Below are positions 25,231 through 38,149 of a stretch of 64,000 nucleotides of DNA, in pieces. This stretch comes from Heterodontus francisci (lineage: Eukaryota): assembly GCF_036365525.1 (NCBI RefSeq), contig NC_090400.1, positions 49,497,138 through 49,561,137 of the forward strand, written 5' to 3'. The notes beneath the pieces were generated by a model that saw only the letters and a program-made list of their open reading frames with translations, was not told where the DNA came from and did no database searches. How positions within the stretch are numbered: position 1 is the stretch's first letter; every line of letters starts with the position of its first letter. Position numbers and translations under genes: made by a program.

Positions 25231-26124
25231 ATTCAGACTCTATCCCCATAAACCTAATGTTAGGTCACTGTTTAGCTAAAGGTACATGTGTAAAAGCAGG
25301 TAGTTGGAGAAATCCTAATTCTGATTGTACGAAACTTATATGCTGAATTAAATGGGGATGTGGCGTGACTCCACTTTCAAAGAGCCAGCACAGGCATGAT
25401 GAGCCCAATGGCTGCCTTCTGTGCTGTAAGTTTCTATGATTCTATGAACTCTGCTCAGTTCCCATCTTATGTACCGTGTCCACTTCTGGTCACTGAGACA
25501 TTGAAGTATTGGAGGCAATGCAGAGAGGAGCCACAAGGCCTATCCCTGGTGTAAAAAGTCTGACTTCATGAGGAAAGACTAGAGAATCCTGGGCTTTTCA
25601 GCAACGGTGAGGTGATCTTATTGAAGTATATTGTAGTTAAGGGAATGAAAATGGTATATCTAGAATATTTGTTAATTTGGGACAATGGTGTAAGAACACA
25701 AGATCAAAGATAAATTTAGGAGTTATATCAGGAAGTTGTTCATACTGAATGATCAATGTGTTCGTAGACCTAAATAGAGTAGGGAAAACTCTTGGAATCA
25801 TTTAAGAAACAACCAGCTGTTGCAGTGAGGGGACTGTAGGGTCCTTCTGAATGGATTAAAAAGGGTTGTGGTTTTGCTTATCTGTAATTATCTTATAAAT
25901 TCAGGGCTATGAGCAGAGACCAGGGCAGTGCGAATAGTTTTGAATTGCTCGAGCAGAGTCAGCATAGACATGATGAATTGAATGGTCTTCTCCCCTGGTA
26001 CCACAGCCAATCGACTCACGGGGAATGGCATCTGCAGAATGGCCAAATGGTAAATTGGGAGGCTTCCCAAGTGCCTGTGTGAATGGTTCTATAATGTCAG
26101 CTGTGGATGGTTCTATAATGTCAA

Positions 26125-26570
26125 CTGTGGTTCAGTTGGTAGCCCTCTCACCTCTGAGTCAGAAGGTTCCAGGTTCAAGTCCCATTCCTGGACTTGAGCA
26201 CAAAAATCAAGGCTGACGCTCCAGTGCGGTACTGAGGGAGTGCTTCACTTCCAAAAGTGCCGTCTTTTAGACAAGATGTTAAACCAAGGGCCCATCTGCC
26301 CTCTCAGGTGGACGTAAAAGATCTCATGGCACTATTTTGAAGAAGATCAGGGAGTTATCCTGGCCAATATTTATCCCTCAACCAACAGTTAAAACAGATT
26401 CTCTGGTCATTATCACATTGATGTTTGTGGGTGCTTGCTGTGCGCAGATTGGCTGCCACGTTTTCTACGTTAGAACAGTGGCTATGCTTCAAAAGTACTT
26501 CATTGACTATAAAGTGCTTTGAAATGTCCAGTGGTTGTGAAAGGCGTTATTTAAATACAAGTCTTTTTTT
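26125..26570 (+). mobile_element. DeuSINE (SacSINE1-like), near full length
   Basis: tRNA-like A/B boxes (TGGTTCAGTTGG, GGTTCAAGTCC), Deu-domain TTGCTGTGCGCAGATTGGCTGCC..., T-rich end. Degenerate copies lie near 3600-3950, 24100-24490 and 47250-47600. Confidence 0.75.
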
Positions 26571-26634
26571 CTTTTTATAGTGCTGTATTATTGGTGCATC
26601 ACCCCCCCAACCTCCACCCTTTTCTGTGAGAATC

Positions 26635-27835
26635 AAGGTATTTTAGCAAGGCTTTTGACAAGGTCCCACATGGCAGACTGGTTAAAAAAAAAAAATCCCA
26701 TGTGATCCAGCAAAGTGCAGCAAGGTGGATACAAAATTGGCTCAGTGCCAGGAAACAAAGGAAACAACTGTTGACAGGTGTTTTTGCGACTGGAAGGCTG
26801 TTTCCAGTGGCATTCCGCAGGGCTCGATACTGAGTCCCCTGCTTTTTGTGGTATATATTAACGATTTTGACGTAAATGTGGGGGGCTTGATCAAGAAGTT
26901 TCCAGACAATGTAAAGATTGGCTGTGTGGTAGATAGCGAAGAGGATAGCTGTAGGCCGCAGGAAGATATTGATGGCCTGGTCAGATGGGCAGAAAAGTGG
27001 CAAATGGAATTCAACCCGAAGAAGTGTGATGTGCTGCATTTGAGGAGGTCAAACAAGGCAAAGGAATACATGATTAGTGGGAAAATACTGAGAGATGTAG
27101 AGGAAGTGAGGGACCTTGGAGTAAATGTCCACATATCCCTGAAGGTAGCAGGGCAGGTTAATAAGGTGGTTAAGAAGGCATATGGAATCCTTTCCTTATT
27201 AGCCGAGGTATAGAATATAAGAGCAGGGAGGTTATGCTGGAACTGTATAAATCATTGGTTAGGCCACAACTTGAGTACTGTGTGCAATTCTGGTCACCTC
27301 ATTACAGAAAGGATGTAATTGCACTGGAGAGGTTACAGAGAAGATTTACGAGGATGTTGCCAGGACTGGAAAATTGCAGCTATGAGGAAAGATTGGATAG
27401 GCTGGGGTTGTTCTCTTTGGAACAGAGAAGGCTGAGAGGAGATCTGATTGAAATGTACAAAATTGTGAGGGGCGTGGATAGAGTGGAGGTGAAGGGCCTA
27501 TTTACCTTAGCAGAGAGATCGGCGAATAGGGGGCATAGATTTAAAGTGATTGGCAGAAAGATTAGAGGGGAGATGAGGAAAGCTTTTTTCACCCAGTGGG
27601 TGGTGGGGTCTGGAACTCACTGTCTAAAAGGATAGTTGAGGCAGAAACCCTCAACTCATTCAAATGGAGTCTGGATATGCATCTCCAGTGCCGTAATCTG
27701 CAGGGCTACAGACCAAATGCTGGAGGGTGGGATTAGAATGGATGGAATATTTTTTGGCTGGCACAGACTCAATGGGCCAAGTGGCCTCTTTCTGTGCCGT
27801 AAATCTTCTATGAAACTTTCTATGATTCTATGAAT
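26635..27835 (+). mobile_element. CR1 LINE RT/3' fragment
   Basis: SGIPQGSILSPLLF...WAEKWQMEFN...LVRPQLEYCVQFWSP; (TTCTATGA)n tail. Confidence 0.92.
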
Positions 27836-28024
27836 CTTGAACCCTTTCGGGGAGTCAGCCTGCCTCTGTTGCTTGGGCTAAATGGGCTGCCTGTAGCTTT
27901 TCCTCAGTTACCACATATCCCAGCCTGCTGACTTGCCCTTGTTTTTGTACAACCTCTCACATTTCTTAAGATACAGACACATTTCTGTCATGGTTTGCTG
28001 GTGTATTTTGTGTTAAACATTCAA

Positions 28025-28732
28025 CAGACATTCAACAGCATTACCATCGCTGAATCCCCCACTATCAACATCCTAGGGGTTACCATTGACCAGAAACTGA
28101 ATTGGAGTAGCCATATAAATACTGTGGCTACAAGAGCAGGTCAGAGGCTAGGAATCCTGAGGCGAGTAAATCACCTCTTGACTCCCCAAAGCCTGTCCAC
28201 CATCTACAAGGCACAAGTCAGGAGTGTGATGGAATACTCTCCACTTGCCTGGATGGGTGCAGCTCCAACAACACTCAAGAAGCTCGACACCATCCAGGAC
28301 AAAGCAACCTGCTTGATTGGCACCCCATCTACAAACATTCACTCCCTTCACCACCGACGCACAGTGGCAGCAGTGTGTACCATCTACAAGATGCACTGCA
28401 GCAATGCACCAAGGCTCCTTAGACAGCACCTTCCAAATCCGCGACCTCTACCAACTAGAAGGACAAGGGCAGCAAATACATGGGAACACCACCACCTGCA
28501 TGTTCCCCTCCAAATCACACACCATCCTGACTATATCGCCGTTCCTTCACTGTCGCTGGGTCAAAATCCTGGAACTTCCTTCCTAAGAGCGCTGTGGGTA
28601 TACCTACCCCAAATGGACTGCAGTGGTTCAAGAAGGCAGCTTACCACCACCTTCTCAAGGGCAATTAGGGATGGGCAATAAATGCTGGCCTGGCCAGCAT
28701 CGCCCACATCCCATGAATGAATAAAAAAAAAA
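28025..28732 (+). mobile_element. CR1-group LINE 3' fragment (family of the 52.5-55.7 kb element)
   Basis: ILGVTIDQKLNWSSHI...YKAQVRSVMEYSPLAW; tail ATGAATGAATAAAAAA. Confidence 0.9.
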
Positions 28733-31485
28733 ATTAAAGATTTATGAAAGCCTAATGCAGTCTCTGAAACCCCAGCAAATTACTTTGCCATCTGAATCTT
28801 GTCAGTTTACCTACATACTTCACTGTATTTCAAAGTAAGTCATATGTGAAGCATTTTGAGATGTGTCTGAGAGATGTAATGAGTTATTATATGAAGTCCA
28901 AAGAGTTTCTCAGGTTAAAAGAACTTTTAACTATCCATCAAGTCAGGGAGAAGGAAATCACATCCCAGGGCCACACACGCGTGAATAACGTCCTGAGTGC
29001 AGTTACTGAACCTCTGTGAACCACCTCTACGAATGTGTGGAGTCCTCTGAATCAAGAGTAAGGACTCCACTTAACTGATTGGATAATAAAAACTGGCGGA
29101 TAATAAAAGCTTCTGCAGTCAGTAGGATTGATAGTCCATTAACGCAGTAAGACATCCCAAGGCACTTCATAGAAATTTATTCAGACAAAAATTGGCACTG
29201 TGGCAGGCCACTTGATTGGTGAGGGTGATAGATGAGCAGGACTTTGGATGGGTTAGCACATGGGTGGCGAAGTTTCAAAAGGAGTCAGTGTTTGTGTCGG
29301 GTGCAAATTTGAAGGCCAACGAGGAGACCCTTTGTTCTGACTTGGAAATATATCACTTTTCTTTCACTGTCACTGCATCAAAATCGTGGAACACTCTCCC
29401 TAACAACACCTTGGGTGTACCTACATCACGTGGACTGCAGTGGTTCAAGAAGATGGCTCACCACCCCTTCTCGAGGTAAAAAGAGACGGACAATAAAAGT
29501 TGGCCTTACCAGTGATGCCCACATCTCTTGAACGAATAAAAGAAACAACCAAAGAAGCATGTTAGAGGGATCAGCGGTAGGTTTAGGGAGGCAATTCCTG
29601 AACATAGAGGCCTAGTTGGCTGCAGCTATAGCTGCCAATGGTGGATGAAGGGAATGGATATGCATAGGAGGCTATAGTTGGAGGAACACCGAGTTCTTGG
29701 AAGAGAATTCTGGAGTGAAGGAAAGGAGAATGCACAGTGAGCCCAAGTTGGAAGATGGAATATTGGAATGTGAGCTGGGAAATAGGGCTTGGTAAGGTGC
29801 AGAGGTAGGTTGGATGGGGTGAGGCCATTGAGGGCTTTTTAAATGAGGTTGAAAATTTTGAAATCAATATATTTGAGAAGAGCGGGCCACTTGATTGGTG
29901 AGGGTGATAGATGAGCAGGACTTTGGATGGGATAGCACATGGCTGGTGAAGTTTCAAAAGGAGTCAGTGTTTGTGTAGGGTGCAAATTTGGAGGCCAACT
30001 AGGAGACCCTTTGCTCTGATTCAGCCTCACCAAGGATATTGATCCAGTTACCTCCAATTAATAAAAATGTTTCCTGTTCTGATTCCCTCACCATAACAAA
30101 CTTACAAAAGGAGATTCTGCACTAAAGATTGAAAAGATACCGGACATGCAAATATTCAGAGCTAACTGAGAAAACAGACACAAATGATGGGGGGTTTGTC
30201 AGTCTGAATTTAAAATATTGCTTGTGATTTATGATACAATTGCAGCAAAGCCTACTGTGTAAACAATACATTTGAATGAATGATTAATAACACAAGCAAT
30301 AGAAGGATCTAATGTAAAATGTAGTCCAGCAGAATAGCCTTCCTATAAATTGTTGGAAATGTTCTCTAAAACTTTCCTTGGTTGCTGTATTAGAATTAAC
30401 TTGTATATCATAAAAAGATTGTTTGCTTTAAACAGTGCTTTTCCTGTATTAGGAAAAAGACATTGGTAAACCAAATTAGCATGAAGATTATCTTTGGATT
30501 AACAATCAAACCACATCCTTCCTGTCAATCCAGTGACAGGAGTGATATACAGGAAGGATGTGGTTTGATTGTTTTGGCTGAATTCGATGGTCTAGTCTAG
30601 ACAGGTAAAGTGAAAACCTCTTCACTCATTAGCAGATATTCTTTGCTCAAAATAAATATCTCTGTGTGTCTTGCTTCATTTCCCAACAGAGTGCGAATAA
30701 CAAACAACCTTTTGTAATTGGTTGACGAGAATTTATGAACCATAAATCAAACTGGCAGGAATGCCACCAAAACCTCCCAGAAGCTGAATTCAGACTTTTC
30801 AGGATGCTATGCTGTTGACTAATTGTAATTTATTTCCTGCCATAACTCATCAGGAACTCGAGGTATAAATTATTGAAGAAGATTTAACAATGTACTGAAT
30901 AGTTTTAGGTAAGATTCTCTCATTTTGGAATTCTGCTGAAAAGAATGCATGATGAATTGAGTACCATTATATTCGAGGTTTAGTGCAAGATTGACATTGC
31001 TACATGGGAAATACGACCCAAAATTTGGATTATATAGTAGCAGTGGAGTCTTATTGCCATTGCATTGAGTTCGACTGCATTAGATGGTTGTCTTGCACTG
31101 GATTATCGATTATTGCCATCTTTGATTTCAACTGAAGAATTGATGAAACCTATTGTGTGTATTGCAGGTGCAGCACAATTTGGACACGGCATAGCATCCA
31201 GAGGTTTGGCCAGCATAGCTTGAGCCAAAACAATGTACATGAACAGTGAAGGCAATGCACGGGGTGGGACTCTTGAGGACAGTAGTGTTAGAGTTTGATA
31301 GTGGGTGTGTCACGGAGGGCAGGAGGTTAGGTGCATTTTTAGACAATGAGAAGGTTGTTTTGTAGAAGCAGAAGTTGAATTCTCACTCATTGAGATCCTA
31401 CCAGTTGATGAACAATTCATGTATTGGCATGTCATTGTATGGTTATAACGTGCAATTTCACAACAATTTTTTTCATTTTTTTCAG

Positions 31486-31571
31486 AAATAGGCCAGTTCC
31501 AGAAAATCGTTGGTGGCTTAATTGAGATAGTCGATCAGCTTGCTAAAGAGGCTGAAAGTGAAAAGATGAAG
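31486..31571 (+). CDS. IFT20: IFT20 coding exon 2 (86 nt)
   Basis: ttttcag|AA ATA...AAG|gtaatg. Encodes [28 protein letters not shown]. Confidence 0.95.
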
Positions 31572-32024
31572 GTAATGTTCTTCTAGATACAATACTGAAA
31601 TTTTATAAAGCGTAGATTACAATAAGGGAAATGGCGGTGCTATTAACCTTTCATTCCTAATTCAAACTGTTAAGTTTCATCTTTATGAAACTTCAAACAG
31701 TCTGACAGTAGGAATTACACCATATGGTAACTTTATCCAGTCTAGGAATGTACAAGTCTGTGTATTATTTGTTCCATAGACAAAACATGATTGAACTAGG
31801 ACCAAGTGATGCTTTTGAGATAACGTGGATTGCAGTAATGACCCATGAAGACTGATTATAAATTAAGCTGCTCTGTAATAAATACCTGTAATGGGGCAAA
31901 GTACAGTGGTAACTGCCTTCTTGTCTGAGGCTGTAAAGTTCTTCTAAATAATGAGTTATGGAATTGATTCACTTGTTTGCACATTAGACCACAATTTTAG
32001 AGAAGCCTGAGCTGTGAACACACA

Positions 32025-32605
32025 CGAATTAGGATTAGGCTGTTTGGCCCCTTGAGCCTGCTCCAACATTCGATATGATCATGACTGATCTGATTGTGGT
32101 CTCAACTCCACTTTCCTGTCTCCCCACTTGTCGATCAAAAATCTATCTAACTCAGCCTTGAATACATTCAATGACCCAGCCTCCACTGCTCTCTACAGAA
32201 TAGAATTCCACAGACTAATGACCCTCTGAGGGGGGAAAAATCCTCCATCTCAATCATAAATGGGAGACCCCTAATTTTTAACCTGTGTCCTCTGGTTCCA
32301 GATACCCCCCCACAAGGGGAAACATCCTTTCAGCACCACCCTGCCAAAAATACCCTCAGGATCTTATATGTTTCAATAAGATCATCTCTCAATCTTCTAA
32401 ACTCCAATGGGTTTGGGCCCAACCTGTCCACATAAAATAATCCCTTCATCCCAGGAATCAGTTGAGTGAACCTTCTCTGAACTGCTTCTAATGCAGTTAT
32501 ATCCTTTCTTAAGTAAGGAGACCAAAACTGTACACAGTAATCTAAATGCAGTCTAACTAAGGCTCTGTACAGCTCTCCTACTTTTATACTCGATTACCCT
32601 TGCAA
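32025..32605 (-). mobile_element. CR1 3' fragment
   Basis: Similar to the 57146-58175 copy. Confidence 0.75.
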
Positions 32606-32734
32606 TAGATGTGTGGTTGGGGAATAGGATGCTCCCCATCATGGGGGAATCTAATGGAGTAAGAGAAAATAACTGGCTTGCTGGATTATTAAAGATCTCA
32701 TAGGATTGTTGGTTAATTCTGTTGTTACCTACAG

Positions 32735-32838
32735 GCTATAGGTGCTCGAAATCTTCTGAAATCAGTTGCTAAGCAGAGAGAAGCCCAACAGCAGCAGCTC
32801 CAAGCTTTAATAGCTGAAAAGAAAATGCAGCTTGAAAG
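32735..32838 (+). CDS. IFT20: IFT20 coding exon 3 (104 nt)
   Basis: ctacag|GCT...AG|gtgtgt. Encodes [34 protein letters not shown](R). Confidence 0.95.
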
Positions 32839-34792
32839 GTGTGTCAGAATCTTGTATCTTCTACAATACTAAAAGAGAATTGAGCAAGTGCTTTGCATTA
32901 AGCCACTGTAATGGTGATAAATGCAGCCACCTTTCTGCTGTTATATTATTTTGGTATTAACTGTGCATCATAAGTTCCTACTGTAATGCTATTGCTCAAC
33001 TAAGGGGATGAATAAGTAAGATCACCTGTTCTTTGTGACTTAAGTCATGTGCAAACAATATGGAACTTAGCCTAAAAAGCTGCATCAGCAGGGTCAGAGT
33101 GCAAAAATGCAGGATGTGTAGCTGGTCATATTTTTAAAAAAAAATTTAAATCTCCTTCGCTTTAGAATTGCTACACTATTCCAAAGGGATGGCCATTCCT
33201 TAGTTTCTAGCCAACTCTCTCAAACAGATTGATCTGAAGTGCTGACTGGATTGTGATTTCCACCAGTCTAATTTTCTTTTGCTTCCTTCAGTTTGAATGG
33301 CTGTGAGGAGTTGCAGCAAACGGAATCATTTTTCATGACTTTTCTAATTTAGAACTAAATACAACATTATTTTTGATTAAAATTCTAGACTCTGCAGCTA
33401 TCTATAGTGGTGGTATAAGTAGATCCTCAACAACAACTTGCAATTATCTTGCACCTTTAACATTGTAAACCATTTTGAGGTGCTTGGCAGAAGAGTAAAC
33501 ACACAAAAATTGCCCCTGACCCATAGGAGACATTAGGACAGATGACCAAACACTTGGTCAAAGAGGTGGCTTTTAAGGAGCATCCTAATGGAGGTGGAGA
33601 GGCAGAGGTTTGGGGAGGGAATTCCAGAGCTTAAGGCCTAGAAAGTTGAAGGCACAGTCACCAGTGGTGGGGTGAAGGAAATGGAAGTGCACAGCAGGCC
33701 AGAGTTGTAGGAACAAAGTTTCTCGGAGGGTTGTAGGGCTGGAGGAGTTTAGAGATAGGGAGGGATGAGTTTGGAAAGATTTGAACATGAGGATGAGAAT
33801 GATTTTCATTGTGTAGCAGTAAGTGGTAATGTACAAAGAAGTGTGCCTGTAATATAGAGTTTAGTTGAGTGGGCTGAACTGTTTAAGGACAAGGAGAAGC
33901 TAGTAGATAAAGGCACACATCAAGTTCACTGTACAGCTAGATTTTGAGGCTGTAGTTCTGATTTTTAAAAATGAAACTGTTAGTTTGCAGTTCTGCAGTT
34001 TTTTTTCTGTGACTGAATGAAGCCACAGCACTGTGTGTGTACTTACACCACATTGACTGCAGTGGTTCAAGAAAGTGGCCACCAGCATCTTCTCAAGGGC
34101 AATTACGGATGAGCAATAAATGCTGACCTTCCCAACGACACTCACACCCCATGAATGAATAAAATAAAACAAGTTGACTGGCCATTTTGTAGGGTAATTC
34201 TGAGCCATGGAACTGTCATTTGTGTTTATCCATTAACAACCTATTCTAGGTGCTAGGGTTATGCAATAAACAATTGAAGAAGTCACCCTGAGCAAGGTCT
34301 TTTTTAAGGACTAGAGTAATATGAGTACCTCAAGTAATTGTTAAATATATAAAATTAAGCTGGACAAGAGCCAGACTTTAACCACCCCTGCCTCATTTCT
34401 ATTTTACCACACTAGGCAAATTTCAGGCCTGCTGTATTGTGACATTATTTACATCCAACTCTGCCAGCTCTTTGCCTTTACATAAAATTTTCTCTCAGTC
34501 AAACTTTTTCCATGTTTATTCTTCAACAGAAATAAAGACTTGAATTCTTGATTTAAAAAAAAACATCTTTCTGAACTGAGTTTCAGTTCAGGTTTTTTTC
34601 TCTCTATTGCCTGTGATAACATTAGGAAATCATTTGCACATTATTCAGTGTTTCATAGCAGGGATCAACTTGCAGAAATGCACAAAGGTGCAGCTTTTTT
34701 CAGAATAGGCTAATAATAAATGTAGTATCTCTCAAATACTACAATGGGATCTTTCTGGGTGCAATGTGTAACACAGATCATTCTGTCCGCAG

Positions 34793-34874
34793 GTATCGAA
34801 TAGAATATGACGCACTGTCAAAAGTAGAAGCTGAACAAAATGAGTTCATTGATCAGTTCATTCTTCAGAAATGA
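34793..34874 (+). CDS. IFT20: IFT20 last coding exon (82 nt)
   Basis: ccgcag|G TAT...AAA TGA. Encodes [26 protein letters not shown]. The four exons sum to 399 nt (132 aa plus stop). Confidence 0.95.
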
Positions 34875-37811
34875 AATGGGAAGGAGAGACAAGGATGAGA
34901 AGTGTTTTGTCTGTAACGATGCATTGAAGTTTGTAGTGATTATTCCATTATGACACATTCCATCAAAATGGTGGTTTTACACAAGGTGTAATTTTGCATT
35001 GCCTTTTCTTATTTAATGAATATATTTCAAGTAGTTATTTCAATAATGCAGGTTTGTATGTGGTTATTTAACTACATAAGCAATTTGCAATGCACAATTT
35101 TAATATCCACTTTTTTAGGATGACATTGTCACCAGCATCGGAGCATGATCATTTCACATGTAAATATTTTGTTAGCCCATATAATTTTGTATATTCCATG
35201 TTATTTATAGTTTCTTCAACTTGAAAGATCGTGATCTATGCATGTTTTAAGCGGTGCCTTACCCATCACGGCGGTTTCTGGTGTCTCTGTGCACTACAGT
35301 ACAGCATTGCCTTTGATGTAAGGAATGCTGCGAAAAGCAAACTTGCAGCATTAGCTAGCCAGAATGGTGACTTGACATGCTACAACATTTGGCACTGGGC
35401 TGTGAGTGGGTTGACCTTTTCAGTCTTTCTGTTTAAATGAGCAATGTAGTTTCAGTATTGCTGGCTTATCTGGACCTACCTTCTCCCTTCCCATCCGTCA
35501 GAAATTCTGTGGCCATATTCTCAAAGTAGGGAAAGTGATTTTACAATAATTGCAAATATATGTGAGCTGTGCACATATTTGCTCTGAGTCCTATAAACAG
35601 AGCAGATTTGGTAGTGAAAACCTGCACTGCATGTATATTCCTTTTATTATTATTGAATCATTTCTATTCAAAGCAGTTCACTATAGGTGCTGGATCTGCC
35701 TCAGTGTGGTAATTCTTAGAAACATTCCACTTCCAAAGAACACAAGATGAGTAAATCTGATCAGTTCCTCTCAATTAGTCACAAACGTGTTGTTAGTCCT
35801 AATGAAAATTCAGTCACTTTTACACAGGTAAGTTATTAGGGTAACTAATTTACAGCAGTTTTGTGGAAGTCCACTATGTATTACCTATTGCACTCATGCA
35901 AATTTAATCAGGACAGAGCTCCTGTACCTAAAAAGTATTGAATAGAAATATTCATATATAACCCAGTGGAAAACGCACAGTTCAAGTGACCATTTCAGTT
36001 GATATTTATACAAAAAGGTATACTGAGGTCTCAAACTAAACACCATCCTCATCTAGGGAACAAAATGTTTCAACAGAATTTCATTTAGCTGTGATTATAA
36101 ACTGCAGTAGTATTTGAGGTGAATATGAATGCCAAAATATATGTTTTTCAGTGTTTCTCAATTATACTATACACTGCTTTACTTATGGTTGAATAGTTTA
36201 CAGCCCATTAAAATTTCTCTAATTATATGCCTACCACATTCACATTTCTTTTTCAATTGAGCAAGGAAAAGTTGAACATAATATCGTACTGTGAAAAGGG
36301 CATTCAGCCAATCAACTGTGTAATAATTTTTGGAATTGGAACAAATCTCTTCTGAATGCTTCAACAAAGTCATTATTTAATGTTTCAGGTAGCAGTCTAT
36401 TCCATAATTCTTACTTTGACAGCTCTTCTGGTGACTACCAGGCACAAGGATGAGTAGTATATCATGGAAACACCATCACTTGCAAGTTCTCTTCCAAGTT
36501 GAACACTAACCTGACTTAGACATATACCACTGCTCCTTCATTTATGCTCTGTCAAAATCACAGAATTCCCAACTTAACACTAATGTGTCAGCACCATTAC
36601 CACAAAAATTGTAGTGTTTCAAGAATAAGGCCCACCATTTCAGGACCATTAGTTATAGACAATGCAGCCTTGCCTGTGTCACCCATGTCCTAAAAACGAT
36701 TTAAAAAAAAGTAGTTTTCTTGACCTGGCTTTGCATAAACCTATCCTTTGACATATCCTCATTATTTTAACTTGAATCGTATCAATCTTGCAATATTTTT
36801 GCTAGAGATGACATTTAACTGCCTTTGCTTCACTCCATAACTCAATCTAAATTGTGCAATCCTTTTTTTGTTGTCAACATATAGAATACCCAAATGTTTT
36901 ACCTGCCTCTGTCAATACTTTGTTGGCAAGGACGATTGTTGTGATCGAACCTGTCATGACTGTAATAAAACATCAAGTCGTCTATTATTACTAAAATAGA
37001 ACAAAAGGTTCTCTCAAGCATAAATTAAGGGAAGAAAATACTGTTTATTGATGGTGCATTTACCAAGATCATCAGTAACATAATGTGATCTGCTATGCCT
37101 TACAACAGTGTATGTATACAGGAACAATGGCTGTTCATCCTCCTACTGCCCAGATAAAGCAACTTTCTGATCCTAACATCATGTGGCTGGCATGCAATTT
37201 TTAAAATCCCGCTCCTGAACAAATGATTGGGAAGAGAATCCATACAAATAATTCAATTATTATTGATGAATAGTCAAAGTTTTGAACATAAAATTCAGGG
37301 CTGAAGTCAGAATGTATTTCCCTAAACAGAAGTTGATCCAACAGCTCAATAGATTATCAGGGAGGGTAGTTAAGGGCAGGAACAATGGGCTTTAAGACAC
37401 AGGAATTGAAGATGGTTTACTGAGACCAAAAGAGCTAAAGCAGAGAGTCCAACCTGTGGTCCTAGGGCCACATGCAATCTCTAAGCGCTGGAAATCTGGC
37501 CCTCAAAGTCCAGGCAACTTGGTGTGCTTGTATACTCTGAACTTATTGGGCCTGGACATTTGGAAAGAGTTAGTCTTAGCATTGTTGTCCCATTGATAAA
37601 TCAACACCAACAATGTTAGTATCAATGACATGTGACATACATAAATTAATGGGAACATGGATGTAAACTCTGTGGCCCCTGAAGCTCCATGATGTGTACC
37701 CACGTGTCTCTCAAAGCCAAAAGCTTGAACTTTGTGACCCTATCAATTTTAACTGAAAATACTACTATTAAACCGAGAGCAGTGACAGTAAATGTAACAC
37801 ATATCCACAAT

Positions 37812-37817
37812 TTTATT
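37812..37817 (-). terminator. Candidate TMEM97 polyadenylation signal
   Basis: AATAAA on the minus strand about 80 nt after the stop codon. Confidence 0.45.
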
Positions 37818-37898
37818 ACAAAATTGCTCTCAAATTAAAAGACAGTAATCCCAAATGGAGCACTGGAAAAATGGGAAATTATTCTCAAGTGTTCTCAG

Positions 37899-38149
37899 TT
37901 ATCGTCTCTTCTTTTCCTCATCAGGATTGTACCTTTTGCTGAAAAGCATGGTTAGCAGGATCATAACAGGGATTAGTAAATAGGGGATGTAAATAGCTAA
38001 GAGAGATAAACGTTCTGACATCGTATTTGGTCCTGGATGCGTTGATTTTGAGAAGTCGTTAAACAGAATATGTGCAAGAATGGAAATAACGGTTGTAGCC
38101 ACGTGTGTGGAGTATATGATAGCGGGTACCCTTATCCATGAGCAACTTC
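37899..38149 (-). CDS. TMEM97: TMEM97 exon 3 (251 nt coding)
   Basis: tgcag|GA AGT... gives GSCSWIRVPAIIYSTHVATT...YNPDEEKKRR*, with a basic ER-retrieval-like C-terminus. Total 516 nt (171 aa plus stop). Confidence 0.94.
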
